This document shows, one piece after another, positions 34,101-45,600 of a stretch of 64,000 nt of DNA. The number at the start of each line of letters is the position of its first letter. The stretch's first letter is position 1. The translations under genes were made by a program, and so were the position numbers. The notes under the pieces are model-generated. The model was given only the letters and a program-made list of their open reading frames with translations, was not told the origin of the DNA and made no database searches. Where the stretch lies: positions 143,096,001-143,160,000 of the forward strand of contig OZ024743.1 of NCBI GenBank assembly GCA_964016885.1. The letters are read 5' to 3'. The stretch comes from Eledone cirrhosa (taxonomy: Eukaryota).

Positions 34101-37100
34101 GGTGTTTGGTGTTTGGTGCTTGGTGTTTGGTGTTTGGTGATTGCTGCTTGCTGCTTGTTGTTTCGTTCTTTGTTATTGGTGCTTGGTGCTTGGTGCTTGG
34201 TGCTTGGTGCTTGGTGTTTGGTGTTTGGTGCTTGGTGTTTGGTGCTTGGTGCTTGGTGCTTGTTGTTTGGTTCTTAGTGTTGGTGCTTGGTCTTTGGTGC
34301 TTGGTGCTTGGTGTTTGGTGCTTGGTATTTGGTGTTTGGTGCTTGGTGCTTGGTGCTTGGTGTTTGGTGTTTGGTGCTTGGTGCTTGGTGTTTGGTGTTT
34401 GGTGCTGGGTTCTTGGAGCTTGGTGCTTGGTGCTTAGTGCTTGGTGTTTGGTGTTTGGTGCTTGGTGTTTGGTGTTTGGTGTTTGATGCTTGGTGTGTGC
34501 TGATTGGTGCTTGGTGCTTGGTGTTTTGTGTTTGGAGCTTGGTGCCTGGTGCTTGGTGCTTGGTGCTTGTTGTTTGGTGCTTGGTGCTTGGTGATTAGTG
34601 TTTGGTGCTTGGTGCTTGGGGTTTGCTGTTTCGTGCTTGGTGCTTGGTGTTTGGTGCTTGGTGCTTGGTGTTTGGTGGTTGGTGTTTGGTGCTTGGTGTC
34701 TGGTGTTTGGTGTTTGCTGTTTGGTGCTTGGTGCTTGGTGTTTGGGTTTTGGTGCTTGGTGCTTGGTGTTTGGTGTTTGGTGCTTGGTGTTTGGTGTTTG
34801 GTGCTTGGTGTTTGGTGCTTGGTGTTTGGTGCTTGGTGCTTGGTGTTTAGTGTTTGGTGTTTGATGCTTGGTGTTTGATGCTTGTTGCTTGGTGCTTGGT
34901 GTTTTGTGTTTGGTGTTTGGTGCTTGGTGTTTGTACTTGGTGTTTGGTGCTTGGTGTTTGGTGCTTGGTGCTTGGTGTTTGGTGCTGGTTGCTTGGTGTT
35001 TGGTGCTTGGTGCTTGGTGCTTGGTGCTTGGTGTTTAGTGTTTGATGCTTGGTGTTTGATGCTTGTTGCTTGGTGCTTGGGCTTTTGTGTTTGGTGTTTG
35101 GTGCTTGGTGTATGTACTTGGTGCTTGGTGCTTGGTGTTTGGTGCTTGGTTCTTGGTGTTTGGTGATTGGTGCTTGGTGTTTGGTGCTTGGTGCTTGGTG
35201 CTTGGTGTTAAGTGTTTGGTGCATGGTGCTTGCTGTTTGGTGCTTGGTGCCTGGTACTTGGTGTTTGGTGTTTGGTGCTTGGTGTTTGGTGCTTGGTGTT
35301 TGGTGCTTGGTGCTTGGTGTTTGGTTCTTGGTGTTTGGTGCTTGGTGTTCGGTGCTTGGTGCTTGGTGCTTGGTGCTTGGGGTTAGGTGTTTGGTACTTG
35401 GTGCTTGGTGTTTGATGTTTGGTCCTTGGTGCTTGGTGTTTGGTGCTTGGTGCTTGGTGTTTGGTGTTTGGTGCTTGCTGCTTGCTGCTTGGTGTTTGGT
35501 GCTTGGTGATTGGTGCTTGGTGTTTGGTGCTTGGTGCTTGGTGTTTTGTGTTTGGTGCTAGGTGCTTGGTGCATGGTGCTTGGTGTTTGGTGCTTGGTGC
35601 TTGCTGTTTAGTGTTTGGTGCTTGGTGCTTGGGGCTTGGTGTTTGGTGCTTGGTGCTTGGTGTTTGGTGCTTGGTGCTTGGTGCTTGGTGTTTGGTGTTT
35701 GGTGCTTGGTGTTTGGTGCTTGGTGCTTGGTGCTGGGTGTTTGGTGTTTGGTGCTTGGTGCTTGTTGTTTGGTGCTTGGTGCTTGGTGCTTATTGTTTGG
35801 TGCTTGGTGCTTGGTGCTTGGTGCTTGGTGCTTGGTGCTTCGTCTTTGGTGCTTGGTGTTTGGTGTTTGGTGCTTGGTGTTTGGGGCTTGGTGCATGGTG
35901 CTTGGTGCTTGGTGCTTGGTGCTTGGTGCTTGGTGTTTGGTGCTTGGTGCTTGGTGTTTGGTGCTTGGTGCTTGGTGTTTGGTGCTTGGTGTTTGGTGCT
36001 TGGTTCTTGGTGCTTGGTGTTAGGTGTTTGGTACTTGGTGCTTGGTGTTTGATGTTTGGTCCTTGGTGCTTGGTGTTTGGTGTTTGGTGCTTGGTGTTTG
36101 GTGTTTGGTGCTTGCTGCTTGCTGCTTGTTGTTTCGTTCTTTGTGATTGGTGCTTGGTGCTTGGTGTTTGGTGCTTGGGGCTTGGTGTTTGGTTCTTGGT
36201 ACTTGGTGCTTGATGCTTGGTGTTTGGTGCTTGGTGCTTGGTGCTTGGTGTTTGGTGATTGGTGCTTGGTGATTAGTGTTTGTTGCTTGGTGCTTGGGGT
36301 TTGGTGGTTGGTGCTTGATGCTTGGTGTTTGGTGTTTGGTGCTTGGTGTTTGGTGTTTGCTGTTTGGTGTCTGCTTTTTGGTGTTTGGTGTTTGCTGTAT
36401 GGTGTTTGCTGTTTCGTATTTGGTTTTTGCTGTTTGGTGTTTGGTGTTTGCTGTTTGGTGTTTGGTGCTTGCTGTTTGGTGCTTGGTGCTTGGTGCTTGG
36501 TGCTTGGTGTTTGGCGTTTGGTGCTTGGTGCTTGGTGTTTGGTGCTTGGTGCATGGTGTTTGGTGTTTGCTGCTTGGTGCCTGGTGCTTGTTGTTTGGTG
36601 TTTGGTGCTTGGTGCTTGGTGTTTGGTGCTTGGTGTTTGGTGTTTGGTGCTTGGTATTTGGTGTTTGGTGCTTGGTGCTTGGTGCTTGGTGTTTGGTGTT
36701 TGGTGCTTGGTGCTTGGTGTTTGGTGTTTGGTGCTGGGTTCTTGGAGATTGGTGCTTGGTGCTTAGTGCTTGGTGTTTGGTGTTTGGTGCTTGGTGTTTG
36801 GTGTTTGGTGTTTGATGCTTGGTATGTGCTGATTGGTGCTTGGTGCTTGGTGTTTTGTGTTTGGTGCTTTGAGCTTGGTGCCTGGTGCTTGGTGCTTGGT
36901 GCTTGTTGTTTGGTGGTTGGTGCTTGGTGATTAGTGTTTGGTGCTTAGTGCTTGGGGTTTGCTGTTTCGTGCTTGGTGCTTGGTGTTTGGTGCTTGGTGC
37001 TTGGTGTTTGGTGATTGGTGTTTGGTGCTTGGTGCTTGGTGTTTGGTGTTTGGTGTTTGGTGCTTGGTGTTTGATGCTTGGTGCTTGGTGCTTGGTGTTT

Positions 37101-37140
37101 GGTGCTTGGTGCTTGGTGCTTGTTGTTTGGTGCTTGGTGC
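28090..37140. repeat. Three tandem copies of a 3287-bp unit; the middle copy lacks 777 bp (2510 bp)
   Basis: ORF starts 28309/31596/34106 and 30259/32769/36056 (steps of 3287 and 2510); ORFs 29586 and 29761 recur only at +5797; the missing block maps to ~32690. Confidence 0.9.
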
Positions 37141-40100
37141 TTGGTGCTTGGTCTTTGGTGCTTGGTGTTTGGTGCTTGGTGCTTGGTGTTTGGTGCTTGG
37201 TGCTTGGTGATTAGTGTTTGTTGCTTGGTGCTTGGGGTTTGGTGGTTGGTGTTTGGTGTTTGGTGTTTGGTGTTTGCTGTTTGGTGTCTGCTTTTCGGTG
37301 TTTGGTGTTTGCTGTATGGTGTTTGCTGTTTCGTATTTGGTTTTTGCTGTTTGGTGTTTGGTGATTGCTGATTGGTGTTTGGTGTTTGGTGTTTGGTGCT
37401 TGGTGCTTGGTGCTTGGTGTTTGGCGTTTGTTGCTTGGTGCTTGGTGTTTTGTGCTTGGTGCTTGGTTTTTGGTGCTTGGTGTCTGGTGTTTGGTGCTTA
37501 GTGTTTGGTGCTTGGTGCTTGGTGCTTGGTGTTTGGTGTTTGGTGGTTGGTGCTTGGTGTTTGGTGTTTGGTGCTGGGTGCTTGGAGTTTGGTGCTTGGT
37601 GCTTGGTGCTTAGTGCTTGGTGTTTGGTGTTTGGTGCTTGGTGTTTGGTGTTTGGTGTTTGATGCTTGGTGTGTACTGCTTGGTGCTTGGTGCTTGGTGT
37701 TTGGTGTTTGGTGCTTGGTGCTTGGTGCCTGGTTCTTGGTGCTTGGTGGTTGTTGTTTGGTGCTTGGTGCTTGGTGATTAGTGTTTGGTGCTTGGTGCTT
37801 GGGGTTTGCTGTTTGGTGCTTGGTGCTTGGTGTTTGGTGCTTGGTGCTTGGTGTTTGGTGTTTGGTGTTTGGTGTCTGGTGTTTGGTGTTTGGTGTTTGG
37901 TGCTTGGTTCTTGGTGTTTGGTCCTTGGTGCTTGGTACTTGGTCTTTGGTGTTTGGTGCTTGGTGTTTGGTGTTTGGTGCTTGGTGTTTGGTGCTGGGTG
38001 CTTGGTGCTTGGTGTTTGGTGCTGGGTGCTTGGTGTTTGGTGCTTGGTGTTTGGTGCTTGGTGCTTGGTGTTTGGTGTTTGATGCTTGGTGTTAGATGCT
38101 TGTTGCTTGGTGCTTGTTGTTTTGTGTTTGGTGTTTGGTGCTTGGTGTATGTACTTGGTGCTTGGTGCTTGGTGTTTGGTGTTGGTTCTTGGTGGTTGGT
38201 GATTGGTGCTTGGTGCTTGGTGTTTGGTGCTTGGTGCTTGGTGTTTGGTACTTGGTGCTTGGTGTTTGGTGTTTGGTGCTTGGTGTTTCGTGCTTGGTGC
38301 TTGGTGCCTGGTGTTAAGTGTTTGGTGCTTGGTGCTTGGTGTTTGGTGCTTGCAGCTTGCTGCTTGGTGTTTGGTGCTTGGTGATTGGTGCTTGGTGTTC
38401 GGTGCTTGGTGCTTGGTGCTTGGTGCTTGGTGTTAGGTGTTTGGTGCTTGGTGCTTGGTGTTTGATGTTTGGTCCTTGGTGCTTGGTGTTTGGTGATTGG
38501 TGCTTGGTGTTTGGTACTTGGTGCTTGGTGTTTGGTGTTTGGTGCTTGGTGTTTGGTGCTTGGTGATTGGTGCTTGGTGTTTGGTGCTTGGTGCTTGGTG
38601 TTTGGTGTTTGGTGCTAGGTGCTTGGTGCTTGGTGCTTGGTGCTTGGTGCTTGGTGCTTGGTGTTTGGTGCTTGGTGATTGGGGCATGGTGTTTGGTGCT
38701 TGGTGCTTGTTGCTTGGTGTTTGGTGCTTGGTGTTTGGTGTTTGGTGTTTGGTGTTTGGTGTTTGGTGCTAGGTGCTTGGTGTTTGGTGCTTGGTGTTTG
38801 GTGCTTGGTGCTTTGTGTTTGGTGTTTGGTGCTTGGTGCTTGGGGCTTGGTGTTTGGTGCTTGGTGCTTGGTGTTTGGTGTTTGGTGCTTGGTGCCTGGT
38901 GCTTGTTGTTTGGTGTTTGGTGCTTGGTTCTTGGTGTTTGGTGTTTGGTGCTTGGTGCTTGGTATCTGGTGTTTGGTGCTTGGTATTTGGTGTTTGGTGT
39001 TTGGTGCTTGGTGCTTGGTGTTTGCTGCTTGGTATTTGGTGTTTGGTGTTTGATTCTTGGTGCTTGCTGCTTGGTGTTTTGTGTTTGGTGCTTGGTGCTT
39101 GGTGCCTGGTGCTTGGTGCTTGGTGCTTGTTGATTGGTGCTTGGTGCTTGGTGATCAGTGTTTGGTGCTTGGTGCTTGCGGTTTGGTGTTTGGTGCTTGG
39201 GGTTTGTTGTTCGGTGCTTGGTGCTTGGTGTTTTCTGCTTGGTGCTTGGTGCTTGGTGTTTGGTGCTTGGTGCTTGGTGTTTGGTGCTTGGTGCTTGGTG
39301 TTTGGTGCTTGGTGTTAGGTGTTTGGTGCTTGGTGCTTGGTGTTTGATGTTTGGTCCTTGGTGCTTGGTGTTTGGTGTTTGGTGCTTGGTGCTTGGTGTT
39401 TGGTGTTTGGTGCTTGCTGCTTGGTGCTTGGTGTTTGGTGCTTGGTGATTTATGTTTGGTGTTTTGTGCTTGGAGTTTGGTGTTTGGTGCTTGGTGTTTG
39501 GTGCTTCGGTCTTGGTGCTTGGTGGTTGGTGCTTGGTGTTTGGTGTTTGGTGCTTGGTGCCTGGTGCTTGGTGTTTGGTGCTCGGTGCTTGGTGTTTGGT
39601 GATTGGTGCTTGGTGTTTGGTGCTTGGTTCTTGGTGCTTGGTGTTTGATGTTTGGTCCTTAGTGCTTGGTGTTTGGTGTTTGGTGCTTGGTGCTTGGTGT
39701 TTGGTGTTTGGTGCTTGCTACTTGCTGCTTGGTTTTTGGTGCTTGGTGATTGGTGTTTGGTGTTTTGTGCTTGGTGCTTGGTGTTTGGTGTTTGGTGCTA
39801 GGGGCATGGTACTTGGTGCTTGGTGTTTGGTGCTTGGTGCTTGGTGTTTGGTGTTTGGTGCTTGGTGCGTGGGACTTAGTGTTTGGTCTTTGGTGCTTGG
39901 TGTTTGGTGCTTGGTGTTTGGGGCTTGGTGTTCGGTGCTTGGTGCTTGGTGTTTGGTGTTTGGTGCTTGGTGCTTGGTGTTTGATGTTGGGTCCTTGGTG
40001 CTTGGTGTTTGGTGTTTGGTGCTTGGTGCTTGGTGTTTGGTGATTGCTGCTTGCTGCTTGTTGTTTCGTTCTTTGTTATTGGTGCTTGGTGCTTGGTGTT

Positions 40101-42600
40101 TGGAGATTGGGGCTTGGTGTTTGGTTCTTGGTGCTTGGTGCTTGGTGCTTGGTGTTTGGTGTTTGGTGCTTGGTGTTTGGTGCTTGGTGCTTGGTGCTTG
40201 TTGTTTGGTTCTTAGTGTTGGTGCTTGGTCTTTGGTGCTTGGTGCTTGGTGTTTGGTGCTTGGTATTTGGTGTTTGGTGCTTGGTGCTTGGTGCTTGGTG
40301 TTTGGTGTTTGGTGCTTGGTGTTTGGTGTTTGGTGTTTGCTGCTGGGTTCTTGGAGCTTGGTGCTTGGTGCTTAGTGCTTGGTGTTTGGTGTTTGGTGCT
40401 TGGTGTTTGGTGTTTGGTGTTTGATGCTTGGTGTGTGCTGATTGGTGCTTGGTGCTTGGTGTTTTGTGTTTGGTGCTTGGAGCTTGGTGCCTGGTGCTTG
40501 GTGCTTGGTGCTTGTTGTTTGGTGCTTGGTGCTTGGTGATTAGTGTTTGGTGCTTGGTGCTTGGGGTTTGCTGTTTCGTGCTTGGTGCTTGGTGTTTGGT
40601 GCTTGGTGCTTGGTGTTTGGTGGTTGGTGTTTGGTGCTTGGTGTCTGGTGTTTGGTGTTTGCTGTTTGGTGCTTGGTGCTTGGTGTTTGGGTTTTGGTGC
40701 TTGGTGCTTGGTGTTTGGTGTTTGGTGCTTGGTGTTTGGTGTTTGGTGCTTGGTGTTTGATGCTTGGTGTTTGATGCTTGTTGCTTGGTGCTTGGTGTTT
40801 TGTGTTTGGTGTTTGGTGCTTGGTGTTTGTACTTGGTGTTTGGTGCTTGGTGTTTGGTGCTTGGTGCTTGGTGCTTGGTGTTTGGTGCTGGTTGCTTGGT
40901 GTTTGGTGCTTGGTGCTTGGTGCTTGGTGCTTGGTGTTTAGTGTTTGATGCTTGGTGTTTGATGCTTGTTGCTTGGTGCTTGGGCTTTTGTGTTTGGTGT
41001 TTGGTGCTTGGTGTATGTACTTGGTGTTTGGTGCTTGGTGTTTGGTGCTTGGTGTTTGGTGCTTGGTGCTTGGTGTTTGGTTCTTGGTGTTTGGTGCTTG
41101 GTGTTCGGTGCTTGGTGCTTGGTGCTTGGGGTTAGGTGTTTGGTACTTGGTGCTTGGTGTTTGATGTTTGGTCCTTGGTGCTTGGTGTTTGGTGCTTGGT
41201 GCTTGGTGTTTGGTGTTTGGTGCTTGCTGCTTGCTGCTTGGTGTTTGGTGCTTGGTGATTGGTGCTTGGTGTTTGGTGCTTGGTGCTTGGTGTTTTGTGT
41301 TTGGTGCTAGGTGCTTGGTGCATGGTGCTTGGTGTTTGGTGCTTGGTGCTTGCTGTTTAGTGTTTGGTGCTTGGTGCTTGGGGCTTGGTGTTTGGTGCTT
41401 GGTGCTTGGTGTTTGGTGCTTGGTGCTTGGTGCTTGGTGTTTGGTGTTTGGTGTTTGGTGCTTGGTGTTTGGTGCTTGGTGCTTGGTGCTGGGTGTTTGG
41501 TGTTTGGTGCTTGGTGCTTGGTGCTTGGTGCTTGGTGCTTGGTGCTTATTGTTTGGTGCTTGGTGCTTGGTGCTTGGTGTTTGGTGCTTGGTGCTTGGTG
41601 TTTGGTGCTTGGTGCTTGGTGTTTGGTGCTTGGTGTTTGGTGCTTGGTTCTTGGTGCTTGGTGTTAGGTGTTTGGTACTTGGTGCTTGGTGTTTGATGTT
41701 TGGTCCTCGGTGCTTGGTGTTTGGTGTTTGGTGCTTGGTGTTTGGTGTTTGGTGCTTGCTGCTTGCTGCTTGTTGTTTCGTTCTTTGTGATTGGTGCTTG
41801 GTGCTTGGTGTTTTGTGCTTGGGGCTTGGTGTTTGGTTCTTGGTGCTTGGTGCTTGATGCTTGGTGTTTGGTGCTTGGTGCTTGGTGCTTGGTGTTTGGT
41901 GATTGGTGCTTGGTGATTAGTGTTTGTTGCTTGGTGCTTGGGGTTTGGTGGTTGGTGCTTGATGCTTGGTGTTTGGTGTTTGGTGTTTGGTGTTTGGTGT
42001 TTGCTGTTTGGTGTCTGCTTTTTGGTGTTTGGTGTTTGCTGTATGGTGTTTGCTGTTTCGTATTTGGTTTTTGCTGTTTGGTGTTTGGTGTTTGCTGTTT
42101 GGTGTTTGGTGCTTGCTGTTTGGTGCTTGGTGCTTGGTGCTTGGAGCTTGGTGTTTGGCGTTTGGTGCTTGGTGCTTGGTGTTTGGTGCTTGGTGCATGG
42201 TGTTTGGTGTTTGCTGCTTGGTGCCTGGTGCTTGTTGTTTGGTGCTTGGTGCTTGGTGCTTGGTGTTTGGTGCTTGGTGCTTGGTGTTTGGTGCTGGGTT
42301 CTTGGAGCTAGGTGCTTGGTGCTTAGTGCTTGGTGTTTGGTGTTTGGTGCTTGGTGTTTGGTGTTTGGTGTTTGATGCTTGGTGTGTGCTGATTGGTGCT
42401 TGGTGCTTGGTGTTTTGTGTTTGGTGCTTCGAGCTTGGTGCCTGGTGCTTGGTGCTTGGTGCTTGTTGTTTGGTGGTTGGTGCTTGGTGATTAGTGTTTG
42501 GTGCTTAGTGCTTGGGGTTTGCTGTTTCGTGCTTGGTGCTTGGTGTTTGGTGCTTGGTGCTTGGTGTTTGGTGATTGGTGTTTGGTGCTTGGTGTCTGGT
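37140..42600. repeat. Diverged second copy of the ~25.0-31.2 kb block, without the 553-bp duplication or the triplication
   Basis: ORF offsets 25259/37365 (12106), 25969/38096 (12127), 27157/39319 (12162); same marker order with whole-monomer gains and losses. Confidence 0.78.
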
Positions 42601-45600
42601 GTTTGGTGTTTGGTGTTTGGTGCTTGGTGCTTGGTGCTTGGTGTTTGGTGTTTGGTGTTTGGTGCTTGGTGTTTGGTGCTTGGTGATTGGTGCTGGGTGT
42701 TTGGTGTTTGGTGCTTGGTGCTTGGTGTTTGGTGCTTGGTGCTTGGTGCTTATTGCTTGGTGCTTGGTGCTTGGTGCTTGGTGCTTGGTGCTTCGTCTTT
42801 GGTGCTTGGTGTTTGGTGTTTGGTGCTTGGTGTTTGGTGCTTGGTGCATGGTGCTTGGTGCTTGGTGCTTGGTGCTTGGTGCTTGGTGTTTGGTGCTTGG
42901 TGCTTGGTGTTTGGTGCTTGGTGCTTGGTGTTTGGTGCTTGGTGTTTGGTGCTTGGTTCTTGGTGCTTGGTGTTAGGTGTTTGGTACTTGGTGCTTGGTG
43001 TTTGATGTTTGGTCCTTGGTGCTTGGTGTTTGGTGTTCGGTGCTTGGTGTTTGGTGTTTGGTGCTTGCTGCTTGCTGCTTGTTGTTTCGTTCTTTGTGAT
43101 TGGTGCTTGGTGCTTGGTGTTTGGTGCTTGGGGCTTGGTGTTTGGTTCTTGGTGCTTGGTGCTTGGTGCTTGGTGTTTGGTGTTTGGTGCTTGATGTTTT
43201 GTGCTTGGTGCTTGGTGCTGGGTGGTTGGTGTTTGGTGCTTGGTGCTTGGTGTTTGGTGCTTGGTGCTTGGTGCTTGTTGTTTGGTGCTTGGTGCTTGGT
43301 CTTTGGTGCTTGGTGTTTGGTGTTTGGTGCTTGGTGCTTGATGCTTGGTGTTTGGTGCTTGGTGCTTGGTGCTTGGTTTTTGGTGTTTGGTGCTTGGTGT
43401 TTGGTGTTTGATGCTTGGTATTTGGTGTTTGGTGCTTGGTGCTTGGTGCTTGGTGTTTGGTGCTTGGTGCTTGGTGTTTGGTGTTTGGTGCTGGGTTCTT
43501 GGAGCTAGGTGCTTGGTGCTTAGTGCTTGGTGTTTGGTGTTTGGTGCTTGGTGTTTGGTGTTTGGTGTTTGATGCTTGGTGTGTGCTGATTGGTGCTTGG
43601 TGCTTGGTGTTTTGTGTTTGGTGCTTCGAGCTTGGTGCCTGGTGCTTGGTGCTTGGTGCTTGTTGTTTGGTGGTTGGTGCTTGGTGATTAGTGTTTGGTG
43701 CTTAGTGCTTGGGGTTTGCTGTTTCGTGCTTGGTGCTTGGTGTTTGGTGCTTGGTGCTTGGTGTTTGGTGGTTGGTGTTTGGTGCTTGGTGTCTGGTGTT
43801 TGGTGTTTGGTGTTTGGTGCTTGGTGCTTGGTGTTTGGGTTTTGGTGCTTGGTGCTTGGTGCTTGGTGTTTGGTGTTTGGTGCTTGGTGTTTGGTGTTCG
43901 GTGCTTGCTGTTTGGTGCTTGGTGTTTGGTGCTTGGTGTTTGGTGCTTCGGTCTTGGTGCTTGGTGTTTGGTGCTTGGTGCTTGGTGCTTGGTGCTTGGT
44001 GCTTGGTGCTTGGTGTTTGGTGCTTGGTGCTTGGTGTTTGGTGCTTGGTGCTTGGTGTTTGGTGCTTGGTGTTTGGTGCTTGGTTCTTGGTGCTTGGTGT
44101 TAGGTGTTTGGTGCTTGGTGCTTGGTGTTTGATGTTTGGTCCTTGGTGCTTGGTGTTTGGTGTTTGGTGCTTGGGGTTTGGTGTTTGGTGCTTGGGGTTT
44201 GGTGTTTGGTGCTTGGTGCTTGGTGTTTGGTGCTTGGTGCTTGGTGTTTGGTGCTTGGTGCTTGGTGTTTGGTGTTTGGTGCTTGGTGCTTGGTGCTTGG
44301 TGTTTGGTATTTGGTGCTTGGTGTTTGGTGCTTGGTGTTTGGTGTTTGGTGCTTGGTGTTTGGTGTTTGGTGCTTGCTGCTTGCTGCTTGTTGTTTCGTT
44401 CTTTGTGATTGGTGCTTCGTGCTTGGTGTTTGGTGCTTGGGGCTTGGTGTTTGGTTCTTGGTGCTTGCTGTTTGCTGTTTGGTGTCTGGTGTTTGGTGTT
44501 TGGTGTTTGGTGTTTGGTGTTTGCTGTTTGGTGTTTGGTGTTTACCGTTTGGTGTTTGGTGTTTGGTGCTTGGTGCTTGGTGTTTGGTGCTTGGTGCTTG
44601 GTGCTTGTTGTTTGGTGCTTGGTGCTTGGTGCTTGGTCTTTGGTGCTTGGTCTTTGGTGTTTGGTGCTTGGTGCTTGATGCTTGGTGTGTGGTGCTTGGT
44701 GCTTGGTGCTTGGTGTTTGGTGATTGGTGCTTGGTGATTAGTGTTTGTTGCTTGATGCTAGGTGTTTGGTGTTTGGCGCTTGGTGCTTGGAGCTTGGTGC
44801 TTGGCGTTTGGTGTTTGGTGCTTGGTGTTTGGTACTTGATGCTTGGTGCTTGGTCTTTGGTGCTTGGTGCTTGATGCTTGGTGCTTGGTGTTTGGTGCTT
44901 GCTGCTAGGAGCTTGGTGTTTGGTGTTTGGTGCTTGGTGCTTGGTGTTTGGTGCTTGGTGCTTGGTCCTTGCTGCTTGGTGATTGGTGCTTTGTGCTTGG
45001 TGCTTGGTGCTTGGTGTTTGGTGTTTGGTGCTTGGTGATTGGTGTTTGGTGCTTGGTGTTTGGAGTTTGGCGCTTGGTGCTTGGTGTTTGGTGCTTGGTG
45101 CTTGGTGCTTGGTGTTTGGTGCTTGGTGCTTGGTGTTTGGTGCTTGGTGCTTGGTGTTCGGTGTTTGGTGCTTGGTGTTTGGTGTTTGGTGCTTGGTGCT
45201 TGGTGCTTGGTGCTTGGTGTTTGGTGTTTGGTGCTTGGGGCTTGGTGTCTGGTGTTTGGTGCTTGGTGCTTGGTGCTTGGTGTTTTGTGTTTGGTGTTTG
45301 GTGTGTGGTGCTTGGTCTTTGGTGTTTGGTGTTTGCTGTTTGGTGTTTGGTGTTTGCTGTTTGGTGTTTGCTATTTGGTGTTTGGTGTTTGCAGTTTGGT
45401 GTTTGCTGTTTGGTGTTTGCTGTGTGGTGTTTGGTGTTTGGTGGTTGGTGCTTGGTGTTTGGTGTTTGGTGCTTGGTGCTTGGTGTTTGGTGCTTGGTGC
45501 TTGGTGCTTGGTGCTTGGGGCTTGGTGTTTGGTGCTTGGTGCTTGGTGTTTGGTGTTTGGTGCTTGGTGCTTGGTGCTTGGTGCTTGGTGTTTGGTGCTT

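Larger units (their letters stand above)
25030..44500. repeat. Satellite subdomain B
   Basis: Markers: GCGTGGGACTTAG (~28167, 31454, 33964, 39867), TTGTTTCGTTCTTTG (~28361, 30332, 31648, 32842, 34158, 36129, 40061, 41773, 43082, 44391), GGGTTCTTGGAG, GTGCTGATTGG. Shares older markers with subdomain A. Confidence 0.75.
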
